From Felis catus (Eukaryota), in contig NC_058368.1 in assembly GCF_018350175.1 (NCBI RefSeq), forward strand, positions 112,160,001 to 112,224,000: DNA of 64,000 bases, in the 5' to 3' direction. Both the position numbers and the translations under genes were made by a program. This document shows positions 62,681 through 64,000 of the stretch, piece by piece (positions within the stretch are counted from its first letter, which is position 1; each line of letters begins with the position of its first letter). The notes beneath the pieces are model-generated. The model was not told where the DNA came from. It worked only from the letters and a program-made list of their open reading frames with translations, and ran no database searches.

Positions 62681-62841
62681 TGCAAAAAGCTTGAAATTTA
62701 GAGATAAATTCAACATAAATTTCTATGAAAGTGTGGACATAGGCTTTTTAAAAGTATTTAATATTAATAATGTGTTAACGTTAAATATTTAATATTATTT
62801 AATATTTATTTAAAAATTTTAAAATATTTAGTGTATTTTTT

Positions 62842-63058
62842 TTTGAAATTTTTTAATCTTTATTTTTGAGAGAGAGCGCACGAGCACACACAGAAGTGGG
62901 GAGGGGCAGAGAGCGAGGGAGACACAGAATCTGAAGCAGGCTCCAGGCTCCAAGCTGTCAGCACAGAGTCCAACGCAGGGCTCAAACCCAGGAACCGCGA
63001 GATCATGACCTGAGCTAAAGTCGGACAGACACTTAACTGACTGAGCCACCCAGGCACC
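62842..63058 (-). mobile_element. CAN-SINE (SINEC_Fc-type)
   Basis: Core sequence; TSD tatttagtgtatttttt / tatttaatgtatttttt (62825-62841 / 63066-63082). Confidence 0.95.
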
Positions 63059-63089
63059 AGTGAACTATTTAATGTATTTTTTAAATGTT

Positions 63090-63750
63090 AAAGTATATTT
63101 TGAAAAAAAACGAAATTGGCAAACTACTCTAGCTGATTTCAAGGCATAGAGTAAATTTGCAGCTGTCCACAGGACAGCTCCCACATCAAAGAGTAATCTG
63201 GCTCAAACTGTCAATAGTGCCAAGATTGAGAAACACTGATCACAGTAATCAAGAATATGCCACAGTATTGGTCAGTTGGACAGAGCAGAGAGGCCAGGAT
63301 GAATGGACCTGTGCATATAGTACTGATTATGAGAAACAGGAAAAGTCTTCATCCAATGACATTGATATAGTGGAGATCTAAATGGAAAAATAGATCCTGA
63401 TGCCTACCTCAAACCGTATCGATTAACTCAAAAACAATTATAGGAGACCTAAACATAAAAGGTAAGGGTGTAGAACATCTAGAAGAAAACATAGGAAGAA
63501 ATCATCACAGTCTTAGGATAAGCACATGTTTCTTCGGATACCAAAAGCCCAAATGAGAAATGCAAATTGGATTTCCTCAAAATGAAAAAAATTTCCTAGA
63601 AAGACATTGTTAACAAGATTGAAGTCAAGGCACAGCCCGGTAGAAAATATTCACAATACATATTTCTGACAAAGGACTTGTATCCAGTATATATAAAGAA
63701 CTCTTACAACATAACAATAAGAAGACAAAAAACTTTATTAAAAGTGGGGG
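63090..63750 (+). mobile_element. Ancient L1M ORF2 fragment containing a MER20 piece (~63160-63238)
   Basis: ctagaagaaaacatagga and atatttctgacaaaggacttgtatccagtatatataaagaactcttacaac; MER20 end acaggacagctccc...tgtcaatagtgccaagattgagaaacactg. Confidence 0.85.
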
Positions 63751-64000
63751 AAAGGAGCTTCCAGTGTTGGCATGGTAGCGTAAGCTCACTTAGTCAACTC
63801 CTCCCACTGATTATAACAAAAACTTTGAGCCATATTAAAAATCTAACTACCGGAGAACTCTAAAGAGTAAACAAAAACAGATTTTGGAGATGACACTTCT
63901 AGACAAGTGATCCATGCAGGGGGAACTTTCCCATCTTCTCTCTCTCGGTGTCTCTCTGTCTCTGTCTTTGTCTCTGTCTCTCGCAGTCTCTTGGCTTTAC

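Overview
Mammalian, repeat-rich, non-coding DNA, almost certainly from a felid (cat-like carnivore). It carries 22 tRNA-derived CAN-SINEs of the feline SINEC_Fc type (16 minus strand, 6 plus), most with visible target-site duplications (TSDs), plus 5'-truncated carnivore/feline L1 3' ends. Older eutherian repeats include L1M, L2, MIR, MaLR and ERVL solo LTRs, and hAT DNA transposon relics. I found no recognisable host protein-coding exon, RNA gene or CpG-island promoter. The only ORF with a recognisable product is a dead L1 ORF2p C-terminal fragment (40121-40432, minus strand). The window looks like a large intron or an enhancer-rich intergenic region, with several repeat-free, homeodomain-motif-rich islands that are candidate enhancers. 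I cannot support a novel biological system here. The most unusual items are local structures: a SINE-in-SINE hairpin, two abutting perfect tandem duplications, an inverted duplication inside a TA microsatellite, a TSD that duplicates a consensus splice donor, a (TG)18(CG)8 tract and a G32 run. Repeat family names come from recall of consensus sequences, not a database search, and boundaries of old repeats are approximate.
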